Below are positions 21,037-30,728 of a stretch of DNA of 64,000 nucleotides, in pieces (the stretch's first letter is position 1; each line of letters begins with the position of its first letter). Source of the stretch: Thermoplasmatales archaeon (GTDB lineage Archaea > Thermoplasmatota > Thermoplasmata > Thermoplasmatales > Thermoplasmataceae); assembly GCA_027310185.1 (NCBI GenBank), contig DAIDBH010000017.1, positions 1 to 64,000 on the forward strand, written 5' to 3'. The notes beneath the pieces are model-generated. The model ran no database searches. It saw only the letters and a program-made list of their open reading frames with translations, and had not been told where the DNA came from. The translations under genes and the position numbers were made by a program.

Positions 21037-22572
21037 TTAGTTTTTCTTTTTTCTCACATATACGAAGCTGGCCGCTGCAACAATTATTATCACTGCAGCC
21101 ACAATTCCCAGTATTTCATAGAGACTTATGCTCAGCTTTGCAGATGTTGGCGTGGATGAGACTTCATTGATCTCGCTTACCACGGCCTTCTGGAAATTGT
21201 TCATGACCTGTGAAACATTGTTTGTTCCATTGTCATAAAGATTACCAACGTATGTGTGGAAGTTTGGCCAGTAATAGTTCATGTTCACGAATCCTGGCTG
21301 TGGCATTGTGTGGTTTTCCTGTGCAAGCCATCCCTTTATTAATGGATCGTTGTTGCTGTGTGCAGTTATGTAGCTTCCTGCTGCCAGGGATGATGGAAAG
21401 TCTCCTGCCTTATCGAACAGATGTACCTGGGCTGTCTCATTTGTCAGCATCTCAATGAATTTCAGTGAAGCCCATATCTGTGAAGATGTTATCCCACTTG
21501 CCTGTGGTGAGGATATGAAATATCCGACTGATCCCCATATGGGTGTTGGCCATAATCCCGTAACGTTGTTGAATGGAAGTGCAGTTACATGGAGATTTGA
21601 ACCGAGATAGTGAGTGTATGTGCTCTGGTCCCACGGACCGTCTATCATGAAGGCACTTTGATTGTCTTCAAACAGATTGTACTGTTCTGTCATGGATGTG
21701 AGTCCTGTTGGACTTATCTTGTATTTGTATGTCAGGTTATACAGGAAAGATATGGCATTTATGTCAGCTGTTGAGTTGAGGACTGGCATCTGCTTTGAGT
21801 TGAATATTGTTCCACCGAATGCCGGGAACCATGCTGCGGATCTGTATCCAGAGTCAGTGCCCAGACCATATGCAAGACCCCATACTTTTGTGGCTGATCC
21901 TGCCGGGTTTAGCGTTGTGTTATGTGTCACGTTCAATGAATCCTGGATCATCTGGTAAATGGTCTTTGGAGCAGTCTTTACCAGCGCACTGTTATAATAG
22001 AGTCCGACACCATTGGTGTTGACCGGTATACCATACAGGGAGTTGTTTGCACTCCAGGCGGTTATTGTTCCCGGACTGAAGCTGTTTATGTACGTGCTGT
22101 TCAGGTATTTGTTCAATGCCAGTACTGTGCCTTCTGCATAAAGAACTCCTGCATTATCGCTGCTGTCCCTGTATATATCAGGGGCTGTTCCAGCATGTGC
22201 AGCACTTGTATATGTTGTAGAGGCTATACCAACCGCTGGACTGTCATCCACAGTCACGTTTGGATAAACCTGTTCAAAATATGCAAGAGTGCTGTTGAAA
22301 ACATCAGCCTCTCCTCCCGGTGAGCCGGATCCCCAAACGGTGATCGTTACCTTGCTCCCGGATGATGCACTTGGTACTGCTATTCCCGATGATCCTAATG
22401 ATGGGTGATCATATACTGTCACAAAAGCAGTCAGTACAAAAATTCCCACTACCATTAAAACTGAAAGAACCTTGAGTTTATTCCTCACGGAACTTCCAGC
22501 TATTTTTTTCCGTTTTAATTTAATATTATTATTGGTCATAATAACATCTCCTGTAGATATTATTAAGACCAT
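21037..22572 (-). CDS. malE: Maltose/maltodextrin ABC substrate-binding protein
   Basis: APDI, LYGIP..GLYYN, IDGPWD, MNYYWP; N-terminal signal and C-terminal TM anchor ending RKKKN; start may be 22539. Confidence 0.88.
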   Translation of the reverse strand: MVLIISTGDVIMTNNNIKLKRKKIAGSSVRNKLKVLSVLMVVGIFVLTAFVTVYDHPSLGSSGIAVPSASSGSKVTITVWGSGSPGGEADVFNSTLAYFEQVYPNVTVDDSPAVGIASTTYTSAAHAGTAPDIYRDSSDNAGVLYAEGTVLALNKYLNSTYINSFSPGTITAWSANNSLYGIPVNTNGVGLYYNSALVKTAPKTIYQMIQDSLNVTHNTTLNPAGSATKVWGLAYGLGTDSGYRSAAWFPAFGGTIFNSKQMPVLNSTADINAISFLYNLTYKYKISPTGLTSMTEQYNLFEDNQSAFMIDGPWDQSTYTHYLGSNLHVTALPFNNVTGLWPTPIWGSVGYFISSPQASGITSSQIWASLKFIEMLTNETAQVHLFDKAGDFPSSLAAGSYITAHSNNDPLIKGWLAQENHTMPQPGFVNMNYYWPNFHTYVGNLYDNGTNNVSQVMNNFQKAVVSEINEVSSTPTSAKLSISLYEILGIVAAVIIIVAAASFVYVRKKKN

Positions 22573-22595
22573 TGATAAACTTTTCTTAATTACAT

Positions 22596-22610
22596 ACTAT
22601 TTTAAGTAGT
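22596..22610. promoter_or_regulatory. Candidate TrmB/MalR operator ACTATTTTAAGTAGT
   Basis: Identical to 19115-19129; lies in the divergent malE/MFS promoter region. Confidence 0.6.
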
Positions 22611-22718
22611 GACTTTATTGACAGAGTTTATCACCCTGAAATGCATGATTTGAAAATTTCCTGAAATACTGGAGAAAAATAAGGTAAAATATCCATAAAA
22701 CTCAAAGGAGCAATATGA

Positions 22719-23999
22719 ATGAAATCTAAGGGAAAGGGATCTTATGTTTACGGGAAGATTAAGGATTATACAGTTTCATCAGACGATGTCATAAAGACAA
22801 CTGCAAATCTGTCAGTGACAGATGGGCTTTTCTGGTCCATATATTCCAGCCTGACAACACCTTTTGTTATTCCCCTTTCCATATTTCTTCTCGGCCAGAA
22901 TGCGCCTGTTGGTTATATTACGGGTTTCCCGGTTCTTGTGGTTCCCCTGGCACAGTATCTTTCCAGATATTTTTCAAGGAAGGTGAAAGACCTCAAGAAA
23001 CTCACCGTATATACAACCCTCCTGGATAGATTGCTGTGGCTGCCTGTTGTCTTTCTTGTATTTGTCCACGGGCTTCTCCTGACATATCTGCTTCTCATAA
23101 TCCTTCTTTCAGCCAGGACATTCTTTGCATCATTCAGCGGTACAACATGGACCCTCTGGGTACCGGGCGTCATACCGGCAAGGAGGAGATCGAGCTACTT
23201 TGCATCCAGGAACTTTGTAATGAAGGTCTTTTCACTTGTTGGATATGCACTCGCACTTGGAATATTTCTTGGAATAACAGATGAGGAAATAGCATTCATC
23301 GTGGTTTTCCTTTCGGGTGCTCTCATATTCTCATCAATTTCCCTTTTCATAATGACCAGGATCAGCCCGTATTCCATCCCGGATTCAGAAAGAAATTCTG
23401 CAAGAAAAAAATGGACAAGAGCATTCGGCTATTTCGTCATATTCTCACTTGTATGGAATCTGGGCTACAGCATGGTCATGCCATATTTCCAGCTATATCT
23501 TGTATCTCCACAGTATCTCGGCCAGAGCGAGAGCTTCTATACAATTGTCTACGTTGTGATAGCCATTTCATTCATAGCTTCACAGATATTCTGGGGGAAG
23601 CTTGCAAATAAATTTGGGAATTTCAGGATCATCCTCATGAATTCTTTTATAATCATCTTCTCAGCTTTGCTTATTCCTCTAATTCACAGTCCTGTACTTA
23701 TTTTCATACCGTCCATATTGTATGGGGTTGGGCAGTCTGGCCTTACACTTTCCATGTTCAACGAGATGCTTGGAAGAACTGAGTCTTCCAGGATAAATTC
23801 CATATCAATGTATAATCTTGTTCAGTCCATATCAGTTGGACTAGGGCCCATATTTGCCAATTTCCTGATCGAGATCTTTGATGTTGACATCCATTTCGTC
23901 TTTGAGGTTTCCATAGGATTCATGTTCTCCTCACTCCTGTATTTCGTACTCAGCCAATTCAATCTCAGGAAATCAGGTAATCAACTGACGGTAGATTGA
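22719..23999 (+). CDS. MFS transporter
   Basis: About 12 hydrophobic helices, WGKLANKFGN motif-A-like loop. Confidence 0.85.
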   Translation: MKSKGKGSYVYGKIKDYTVSSDDVIKTTANLSVTDGLFWSIYSSLTTPFVIPLSIFLLGQNAPVGYITGFPVLVVPLAQYLSRYFSRKVKDLKKLTVYTTLLDRLLWLPVVFLVFVHGLLLTYLLLIILLSARTFFASFSGTTWTLWVPGVIPARRRSSYFASRNFVMKVFSLVGYALALGIFLGITDEEIAFIVVFLSGALIFSSISLFIMTRISPYSIPDSERNSARKKWTRAFGYFVIFSLVWNLGYSMVMPYFQLYLVSPQYLGQSESFYTIVYVVIAISFIASQIFWGKLANKFGNFRIILMNSFIIIFSALLIPLIHSPVLIFIPSILYGVGQSGLTLSMFNEMLGRTESSRINSISMYNLVQSISVGLGPIFANFLIEIFDVDIHFVFEVSIGFMFSSLLYFVLSQFNLRKSGNQLTVD

Positions 24000-24047
24000 T
24001 CTGAAGATTAGTAATAACTGTTTTCAGTAGAGAGTTTCAGCAATGAA

Positions 24048-25493
24048 TCATGTGAACCTTTCTCCGAGCCACTCTATTTCCTCTGGAACACCAGATTTTT
24101 CAGATATTTCCCTGAAGACGAACGCACTGGGTCGTATGGATCGCTTCTTTGTTTTATAATCCACCCTTAGAAGCCCGAACTTCTTGCTGAAGCCGCTGGA
24201 CCATTCATAATTGTCTGTCAGTGACCAGTGAAGATAACCTTCCACCTTAGCACCATCCTTTATTGCCTTTTCTATCACCTTCATATGGGATACGAGAAAC
24301 CCGGGCCTGTATCTGTCCATATCATCGGCAATACCATTTTCTGTGACCATCATTGGCAGGTTATATCTCTCATGGTATCCCATCAGAACCACATATAACC
24401 CCCTTGGATATATTTCCCACCCCATCTCCGAAACTATCCTGCCATCCTTTGATTTTTCGTATCCGGAACATTGGAATCCATATCCATCCACAGCCTCGAA
24501 CCCTTTCTCACTCCGCCTAACAACATACCTGCTGTAGTAATTGACCCCTATCCAGTCCAGCCTGTTTTCAAAATCCTTTCTTAGAATGCTTTTCTCAGGC
24601 CACCTATCATTGTAGTTCATATTCCTGACGCTGAATGTTTTCCCAGATGTAATAGAGTCAATGAATGAATAGCGATTCCTCCATGTAACCTCTTCCACAA
24701 GATCTTGATCACTGTTTTCCAGTGATTCTATATGCTCGTTGGCGTAAATGATGCCTATCCTCTTCCTGCTGACGGCTCTTATGCAGTCATATGCCCTGGC
24801 ATGTGCTTCTATGAAGAATTTCATTTTTGAATAGTATTCCCTTTCTGACCTGTTATTCCCTCCTGAAAAGACAACATTTGGCTCGTTCATTGTAGAATAT
24901 GAATCCACGAGATCATCGAATGAGTATGCTGCAAACGCTGCAAGTTTTGCGAATTCTATGACAGAATTGTTATTGAAATAATTTCCAAGATTATTGCCCT
25001 TCGAAATATCTCTCTTTCGTGGATCATTTATCCACAGTGGCATGCTCCAGTGGAATAAATTCAGTATTACATAGAAATTCCTGTTCTTTAGGTCGCTGAA
25101 TATTTCCCTGTATCTTTTAACCGCATCCAGATTACATATTTTTTTCAGTTTCTCAAGATCTGCCTTCTCTACTGTTACACCTGTTATATTGTCTCCGTCT
25201 GTATCAACCCTTACTCTGATTTCTTCCGTGGATACTGGAAATATCCTTGACCACTCTATCCCGATCCTTGCCGAATTCATTCCCATGTATTCTGCCATTT
25301 CGTGGTCCTTCCTGAACAGTTCCCAGTATGCTGCACCATCCTCAGGAAAATCTCCGGAAACTATTCCGTTTTTTATGTTGTAATCATCATGGCACCACTG
25401 GTACCAGTCAGTGTTCTCGTCCTTTCCTGACAAACCCATTTCCGACTGGAATCCCGCAAGGGAAAAACCAAATTTGAATCCTTCTGGAAGCAT
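24048..25493 (-). CDS. GH1 beta-glycosidase (archaeal LacS/BgaS type)
   Basis: [47 protein letters not shown]. Confidence 0.95.
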   Translation of the reverse strand: MLPEGFKFGFSLAGFQSEMGLSGKDENTDWYQWCHDDYNIKNGIVSGDFPEDGAAYWELFRKDHEMAEYMGMNSARIGIEWSRIFPVSTEEIRVRVDTDGDNITGVTVEKADLEKLKKICNLDAVKRYREIFSDLKNRNFYVILNLFHWSMPLWINDPRKRDISKGNNLGNYFNNNSVIEFAKLAAFAAYSFDDLVDSYSTMNEPNVVFSGGNNRSEREYYSKMKFFIEAHARAYDCIRAVSRKRIGIIYANEHIESLENSDQDLVEEVTWRNRYSFIDSITSGKTFSVRNMNYNDRWPEKSILRKDFENRLDWIGVNYYSRYVVRRSEKGFEAVDGYGFQCSGYEKSKDGRIVSEMGWEIYPRGLYVVLMGYHERYNLPMMVTENGIADDMDRYRPGFLVSHMKVIEKAIKDGAKVEGYLHWSLTDNYEWSSGFSKKFGLLRVDYKTKKRSIRPSAFVFREISEKSGVPEEIEWLGERFT

Positions 25494-25582
25494 TTATGAT
25501 CATGTTTCCCTTATACTTACGGGTTATCCCGATACATATATCATTGAAAAATCAAGGACTTTCTTTTATTCTCATCCAGGTA

Positions 25583-25666
25583 TTACCGAGATAAGATTAA
25601 CAGAACAATGAGTATAAGTGGTATTCCCACTATAAGAATCAAAACTACCCATGACCACATATTGGA
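25583..25666 (-). repeat. Copy of the 3' end of the DUF1648 gene (26854-26937)
   Basis: 84 bp, about 79/84 identical by eye; frame and stop codon preserved. Confidence 0.92.
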
Positions 25667-25747
25667 GATTTTGATATTTCTAAAAGAATAAATCTAACAC
25701 TAACGCCACCTGAAGAACAATAGACTTGCTTAATATTTATGTGGTTA

Positions 25748-26382
25748 TTATTTTCTTTTTGAATTTAGCTTCATAAAGCTCTTTATTTCAGAAAGCCTTT
25801 CTTTATAATAGGATGAAATATCTTTTAACTGATTGATTGAATCCGGATAAATATCGCTTCCTATCCAGTATTCGAGTATAGTTTGAACTATTTCAGGTTT
25901 ATTTCTTTGAAATGATATTTTTCTTAGTTTTTCTAACATATCAATATCCACTTCAATTATTTGAATTGCCTTTCTGGTTTCTGTTATGGGGACAGTGCGA
26001 AATCTGATCCATTTAACAATATTATTTATTAGTGTTTGAATTGAATCATTTTCAAGATTTGTAATTCTTGCAACCTTTATAGTAAACCTTACAGAACTTA
26101 ATGACTTTATGAATAAATGGTTGTTTTCTAAAAGATATTCTTCAATCGAAGCTAATGCTGTGCGTTTGTTGCCATCTATGAATGGATGAAGCCGTATTAT
26201 CCCTTCAAATAAATAAGCACTCTTCTCGAAGATGGTAGGATATATCTCCTTGTTGTTATACTGCCTTTCCATACCTACACATATAGATTTTAAGGAATCC
26301 CTATCCTTGTAACCCCTTTTATGCCAAATCTATTTATGAGATATTCGTGGATTTTATCGATCTGTGACGCATTAAAGCTCAT
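25748..26382 (-). pseudogene. doc: Doc/Fic-family toxin with N-terminal frameshift
   Basis: HPFIDGNKRTA Fic motif and YPTIFEKSAYL. Upstream ATG 26382 gives MSFNASQIDKIHEYLINRFGIK, one base out of frame at AAAAGGGG with GYKDRDSLKSI... Confidence 0.8.
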
Positions 26383-26394
26383 AAAATTATATTT

Positions 26395-26502
26395 TTAAAA
26401 TTTCCCCAGTCTTTCATAAACAATTTTACCTATGGGATCGTCTTTAGTAAAAAAATCAAGGTTGGTTTTAAGATCATCTTTTAGTCTTTTCTTTCTTTCC
26501 AT
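26395..26502 (-). CDS. 35-aa peptide, candidate Doc antitoxin
   Basis: MERKKRLKDDLKTNLDFFTKDDPIGKIVYERLGKF*, ending 12 bp upstream of the doc ATG. Confidence 0.5.
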   Translation of the reverse strand: MERKKRLKDDLKTNLDFFTKDDPIGKIVYERLGKF

Positions 26503-26744
26503 CTATAACAGTAATTAAATAGATGTTATAACCCCTTCCTTGGTTGAAGCATAGTGTATTAAATCTGCTTTAAAATTGAAAAGATCCTGTGCAATTCAGA
26601 TTTTAGATGTTTGAAATATGTGAAATCAAATAAAAAGTAACCAGGAAAATAATAACAATTTTGTAAAGAATAAAATGGACTGAAAGACGGGATTAGTTGA
26701 ACATTTCCTCAATCATATAATGAAGCTGCGAGCGAAGAAACAGA

Positions 26745-26831
26745 TACCAGTCGGTGTTTTCGTCCTTTCCTGACAAACCCATTTCCTACTGGAATCCTGC
26801 AAGGAAAAAACATATTTGAATCATTCTGGAA
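26745..26831 (-). repeat. Degenerate copy of the 5' end of the GH1 gene (25402-25489)
   Basis: About 87 bp at roughly 90% identity by eye (TACCAGTC...CCTTTCCTGACAAACCCATTTCC...TTCTGGAA); lacks the ATG. Confidence 0.92.
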
Positions 26832-26853
26832 AAAAGTTGCTGTCACACAAATG

Positions 26854-27951
26854 TTACCGAAGTGAGATTAACAGAACAATGAGTATAAGTGGTATTCCCA
26901 CTATAAGAATCAAAACTACCCATGACCACTTGTTGGATAAGTTGAATGTGTATCCTACTCCATATCTTTTTGGAACGAGGATCTTGCTGTCATTTTTGTT
27001 ATGATATACGAGTCCCCCGTCCCACTCTCTGTCATCATCTAAAGTATTATCCTTGCCATCTGTATCATTCAGGTTCTGGTACATTTTCCAGCCGGTCTGT
27101 CCTGAACTGGCTGCGAACCAGAATACCAGAGGTAGAATTACTATCACTGGAAGGGGGACAATGAAGGTGTAAGATGAGGAAATCACATTCCATACAATCA
27201 GGGAACTGAGAAATAGTGTTACCAGAATGATCATGTTTATGCCAACAAGCAATTTGACGATTCTTGCATTGAACCCCTTCATCTGGATGGATGATTTCTT
27301 GGGTTGTGCATTGTTGCTTCCTGGTCTTGTCCTCTGAATTGCGTATGAAATAACCTCCAGAAGAACTGTAAGCGGGATGGCGGTAAACACAAGAAGCGAG
27401 AATACAGAGAAGATGGATTTTGTGGAGTATTCGTCAGGCTTGCCATTCAGTCCGAAATGGGTTGCAAACCGGTCTGGAATGGAAGGATAATATAATATTC
27501 CTATAACTATGAATATAACAAGCTCAATCCATGGAAGGACATACCAAAGTGCATTCACGTTCGGACCTGATTTGGGAATGTATGCTGAAACTGTGCTGTT
27601 TCTCTGGTTTTCTTCTCCTGCCTCATCCTTCAGGTGTTTTGTAATATCCCTGAAATGGAAATATACAAGTGTCAACGGTACAAGTTCCAGGATGGGAAAC
27701 AGGGATGCTATAAATGCTGAGATATATATTGATAATATTACAGCTAAAACAATGAAAACTAATGAGATGGAAATATCGTAAATTATATTTCTTTTTTTCA
27801 GTCCATTGATAATTGGATCATAATTCTCGTGGTCCATGAACCTGATGCCAAATATGAGTTCAGGCCTAGTAAAATATGGAATGAATGCAAAAAATAATCC
27901 TATGAACAGGACAACTGGAAGAACCGTTGAAAGAAGCAGTAGAGATATCAT
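26854..27951 (-). CDS. DUF1648/DUF5808 membrane protein
   Basis: YPSIPDRFATHFGLNGKPD (DUF1648) and DDDREWDGGLVYHNKND..LVPKRYGVGYTFN (DUF5808). Confidence 0.88.
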   Translation of the reverse strand: MISLLLLSTVLPVVLFIGLFFAFIPYFTRPELIFGIRFMDHENYDPIINGLKKRNIIYDISISLVFIVLAVILSIYISAFIASLFPILELVPLTLVYFHFRDITKHLKDEAGEENQRNSTVSAYIPKSGPNVNALWYVLPWIELVIFIVIGILYYPSIPDRFATHFGLNGKPDEYSTKSIFSVFSLLVFTAIPLTVLLEVISYAIQRTRPGSNNAQPKKSSIQMKGFNARIVKLLVGINMIILVTLFLSSLIVWNVISSSYTFIVPLPVIVILPLVFWFAASSGQTGWKMYQNLNDTDGKDNTLDDDREWDGGLVYHNKNDSKILVPKRYGVGYTFNLSNKWSWVVLILIVGIPLILIVLLISLR

Positions 27952-27955
27952 CTGA

Positions 27956-28426
27956 TCACTTCTTCTGGACCACTATGTCCTCAATGAGCTCGTTAATTCT
28001 CTTCCTTATCTGGTCCACTGAAAATCCCTTTGATATGGATTCAAGGAGAAGATTCCTTATCTGCATTTCCCACATCTGGTCCATCTTCCTTTCCTTCCTG
28101 TCCCCTATCTCATTTACAATGATGTGTTTCCTGCGATCCTGAAATATGTATTCTTCCATTTCCAGGTAAATGTAGGCCTTATTCACCGTGTGATAATTTA
28201 TGCCAAGTATTGATGAAAGTTCTCTTGAAGATGGCAGCCTGTCACCTTTCTTCAGTATTCCCATGGCAATATTCTTCACAATGTCATTGAATATCTGCCT
28301 GTAGATTGGTTCGGGAGATGATAGATCGATGGTCATCCTGAACCCTTCATTTTCATCAGACATATCCTTCACTTCTGATCTGTATTCTCTACTGTTTCCA
28401 AAGTCGTGGTTTATGGATTCTGGCAT
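27956..28426 (-). CDS. GntR-family regulator, YtrA subfamily
   Basis: IDLSSPEPIYRQI...GDRLPSSRELS..LGINYHTVNKAY; short C-terminal domain. Confidence 0.92.
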   Translation of the reverse strand: MPESINHDFGNSREYRSEVKDMSDENEGFRMTIDLSSPEPIYRQIFNDIVKNIAMGILKKGDRLPSSRELSSILGINYHTVNKAYIYLEMEEYIFQDRRKHIIVNEIGDRKERKMDQMWEMQIRNLLLESISKGFSVDQIRKRINELIEDIVVQKK

Positions 28427-28438
28427 ATCTTAACACTC

Positions 28439-28459
28439 TGTTATAGAGTATGTATAACA
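28439..28459. promoter_or_regulatory. YtrA/GntR-type operator palindrome
   Basis: Perfect TGTTATA-N7-TATAACA immediately upstream of the GntR start. Confidence 0.65.
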
Positions 28460-28537
28460 TATACTTAAATGTTTTATAAAGGAATGCATGAGGGATAAGT
28501 TAAAAAATTAAATTGTGACTGCTTGTTGAGTCACCTA

Positions 28538-29659
28538 TCACTTGCTTTCTGGACTGGCCTCTTCCTTCTTTTCTTCCTTCGGACTTCCTTCAGCCTTTTT
28601 CTCTGTTGTTGCCAGCTCATATTTCTTTTTCCTTATGGCCTCTGTAAGCTTAGGCAGAACCTCATAGAGATCAGCGTTAATTATATAATCAGAGATGCTG
28701 TTTATCTCAGCCTCTGGATCAGTGTTTATTGAGACGATATTCTCACTGAGCTTCATTCCCATCAGGTGCTGTGCCTTTCCAGATATACCGCATGCAATGT
28801 ACAGTTTTGGCCTCACAGACTGGCCTGTCTGGCCGACCTGGTGATCCTTTCCAATCCATCCCATATCGACTGTGGGTCTCGATGCGCCAACGTATGCGCC
28901 TATCTCGTCTGCCAGCTCCTGGATCAGCTTGAATCCTGAAGCCTTGCCCAGTCCAAGGCCTCCACTAACTATGTATTTTGCCGATGTGAGATCTACTGCT
29001 GTCTTTGGCTTGAAATCCACTACCTCCTTCTTGAGATATTCCTTCTTGATCTTTGCCTTCCTTATCTCGCTTTCATATTTCGCATCCCTGTTCCTTTCAG
29101 GTACCGGGAAAATTCCTGGCCTTGCCGTTGCCATCTGTGGCCTGTGGCTCTTGCACAGGATCTCCGCCAGTGTGCTTTCTCCATATGTTGGTCTCCTTGC
29201 CTGCAGGATTCTTCCATTGGGATCAACATCCAGTTCTGTACAGTCAGCGGTCACACCTGTTCTTGACCTCACAGCAATCCTTGAAGCAAGATCTCTTCCA
29301 TTCCTTGTTGCCGGAATTAATAATATATTTGGCTTAAGTTCCTGTATCAGGTCACTTAACAGCGTTGCATATGGAATTGTCCTGAAATCCTTGAGATCGG
29401 GTGATTCATATCCTATCACCCTGTCGCATCCATATTCACCTGCCTCCTTGACCATTGTTCCTACTTTTTCACCGAATGTTATGCCGATGAGTATTTCATT
29501 GACCTTGTGGGCCATGCTTGCTCCGACAGAAATCATCTCAAGGCCAGGCTTCTTTATCTTCCCATCCCTGGCTTCAAGGAATATCATCACGTTCTTGTAT
29601 TCGTCCAGGTTTTCTGGCTTCTCAGCATTGATAAGTCCTACCATCTCACTCACCCCCAA
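28538..29659 (-). CDS. fixB: Electron transfer flavoprotein alpha subunit
   Basis: GVTADCTEL, RPQMATARPG, QVGQTGQSVRPKLYIACGISG. Confidence 0.94.
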   Translation of the reverse strand: MGVSEMVGLINAEKPENLDEYKNVMIFLEARDGKIKKPGLEMISVGASMAHKVNEILIGITFGEKVGTMVKEAGEYGCDRVIGYESPDLKDFRTIPYATLLSDLIQELKPNILLIPATRNGRDLASRIAVRSRTGVTADCTELDVDPNGRILQARRPTYGESTLAEILCKSHRPQMATARPGIFPVPERNRDAKYESEIRKAKIKKEYLKKEVVDFKPKTAVDLTSAKYIVSGGLGLGKASGFKLIQELADEIGAYVGASRPTVDMGWIGKDHQVGQTGQSVRPKLYIACGISGKAQHLMGMKLSENIVSINTDPEAEINSISDYIINADLYEVLPKLTEAIRKKKYELATTEKKAEGSPKEEKKEEASPESK

Positions 29660-30455
29660 ACTTTAGTATTTCCTTTGATACCAGCTCATCAACAAACTTG
29701 TCCATTTCGTCAACTCCGAACTTCTTTCCCTCCCTCTTCTTCTCATTTATCGTTCTCATTGACTTGACAATTGTTGGTGATCCTTTCAGGCCTACCCATT
29801 CAGGCTTTAGGTTTATATCAGCCAGTGTCCATGTCTCTATGCCTTTCTTAAGGGCATCAATCTTCATCCTCAGTGTTGCTTCCCTGGGTATGTTTGCATT
29901 CGTAAGCACTGTTATAAGGCATGGAGGCTCCATCTTCACGGTTTCAACCCCATCCTCCAGCTGCCTCTCAGCAAAAACTGAGCCGTCATCAACCCATGAG
30001 TTTGATGTGTACGATGCCTGCTCAATTCCGAGAAATTCAGCCACACCGGGTCCCACGTGACCGGTTGATGAATCTGTTGATTCCTCACCTGCATATATGA
30101 TGTCAAACTTGCCGATCTTTGTGATTGTTGCTGCCAGTGTCAGGCCAGTAGGATAGGTATCTGCTCCTGCGAATGCCCTGTCAGTGACAAGTATTGCCCT
30201 GTCAACCCCTCTTGCCATGCAGTCCAGAAGTGCGGTTTCTGCAAAGGGTGGACCCATTGTTATAACCGTAATATGGGTATCAGGATTCTTGTCCTTTATA
30301 AGGAGAGCCTGCTCCACTGCATTCTCGTCTGCGGGATTTATGACATTCCTGGCTGCACCCCTGTTAAGAGTGAATGTGACAGGATCTATCACGACCTCTG
30401 AACTGTCCGGTACCTGTTTTATCATAACTATTATTTCCAGTCCCATTTCCATCAT
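29646..30455 (-). CDS. fixA: Electron transfer flavoprotein beta subunit
   Basis: IKQVPD, NPADENAVE, TMGPP, DRAFAGADTYPT, GLKGSPT. Confidence 0.94.
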   Translation of the reverse strand: MMEMGLEIIVMIKQVPDSSEVVIDPVTFTLNRGAARNVINPADENAVEQALLIKDKNPDTHITVITMGPPFAETALLDCMARGVDRAILVTDRAFAGADTYPTGLTLAATITKIGKFDIIYAGEESTDSSTGHVGPGVAEFLGIEQASYTSNSWVDDGSVFAERQLEDGVETVKMEPPCLITVLTNANIPREATLRMKIDALKKGIETWTLADINLKPEWVGLKGSPTIVKSMRTINEKKREGKKFGVDEMDKFVDELVSKEILKFGGE

Positions 30456-30727
30456 CCGTATTTGTATTTTACTCCGTGGCCGCCCTTTGTATTTGTCCAG
30501 AGAACACTGCCATGAGAGCAGGCAATATCACATGTTCCGCATTCCACACAGTCCTCGTACTTGAAATTCAACTGTCCATCTATGAGTGTGTAGCATTTTG
30601 CGGGGCATGCAAATGTGCAGAAATGATCCGGGCACACTGCACAGATGTCGTGGTTCACCGTTATATGCTCATAGGACTTGTCTATCTTGTAGTTCAACAA
30701 CGATAATCTGTCTTCTATTTTTGTCAT
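30452..30727 (-). CDS. fixX: FixX-like ferredoxin
   Basis: CPAKCY, CVECGTCDIAC, GVKYKYG. Confidence 0.93.
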   Translation of the reverse strand: MTKIEDRLSLLNYKIDKSYEHITVNHDICAVCPDHFCTFACPAKCYTLIDGQLNFKYEDCVECGTCDIACSHGSVLWTNTKGGHGVKYKYG

Positions 30728-30728
30728 T

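Noticed and set aside
28872-29666. 264-aa plus-strand ORF and the many other short antisense or overlapping ORFs in the track
   Set aside because: Shadows of well-supported genes (here fixB); no recognisable motifs.
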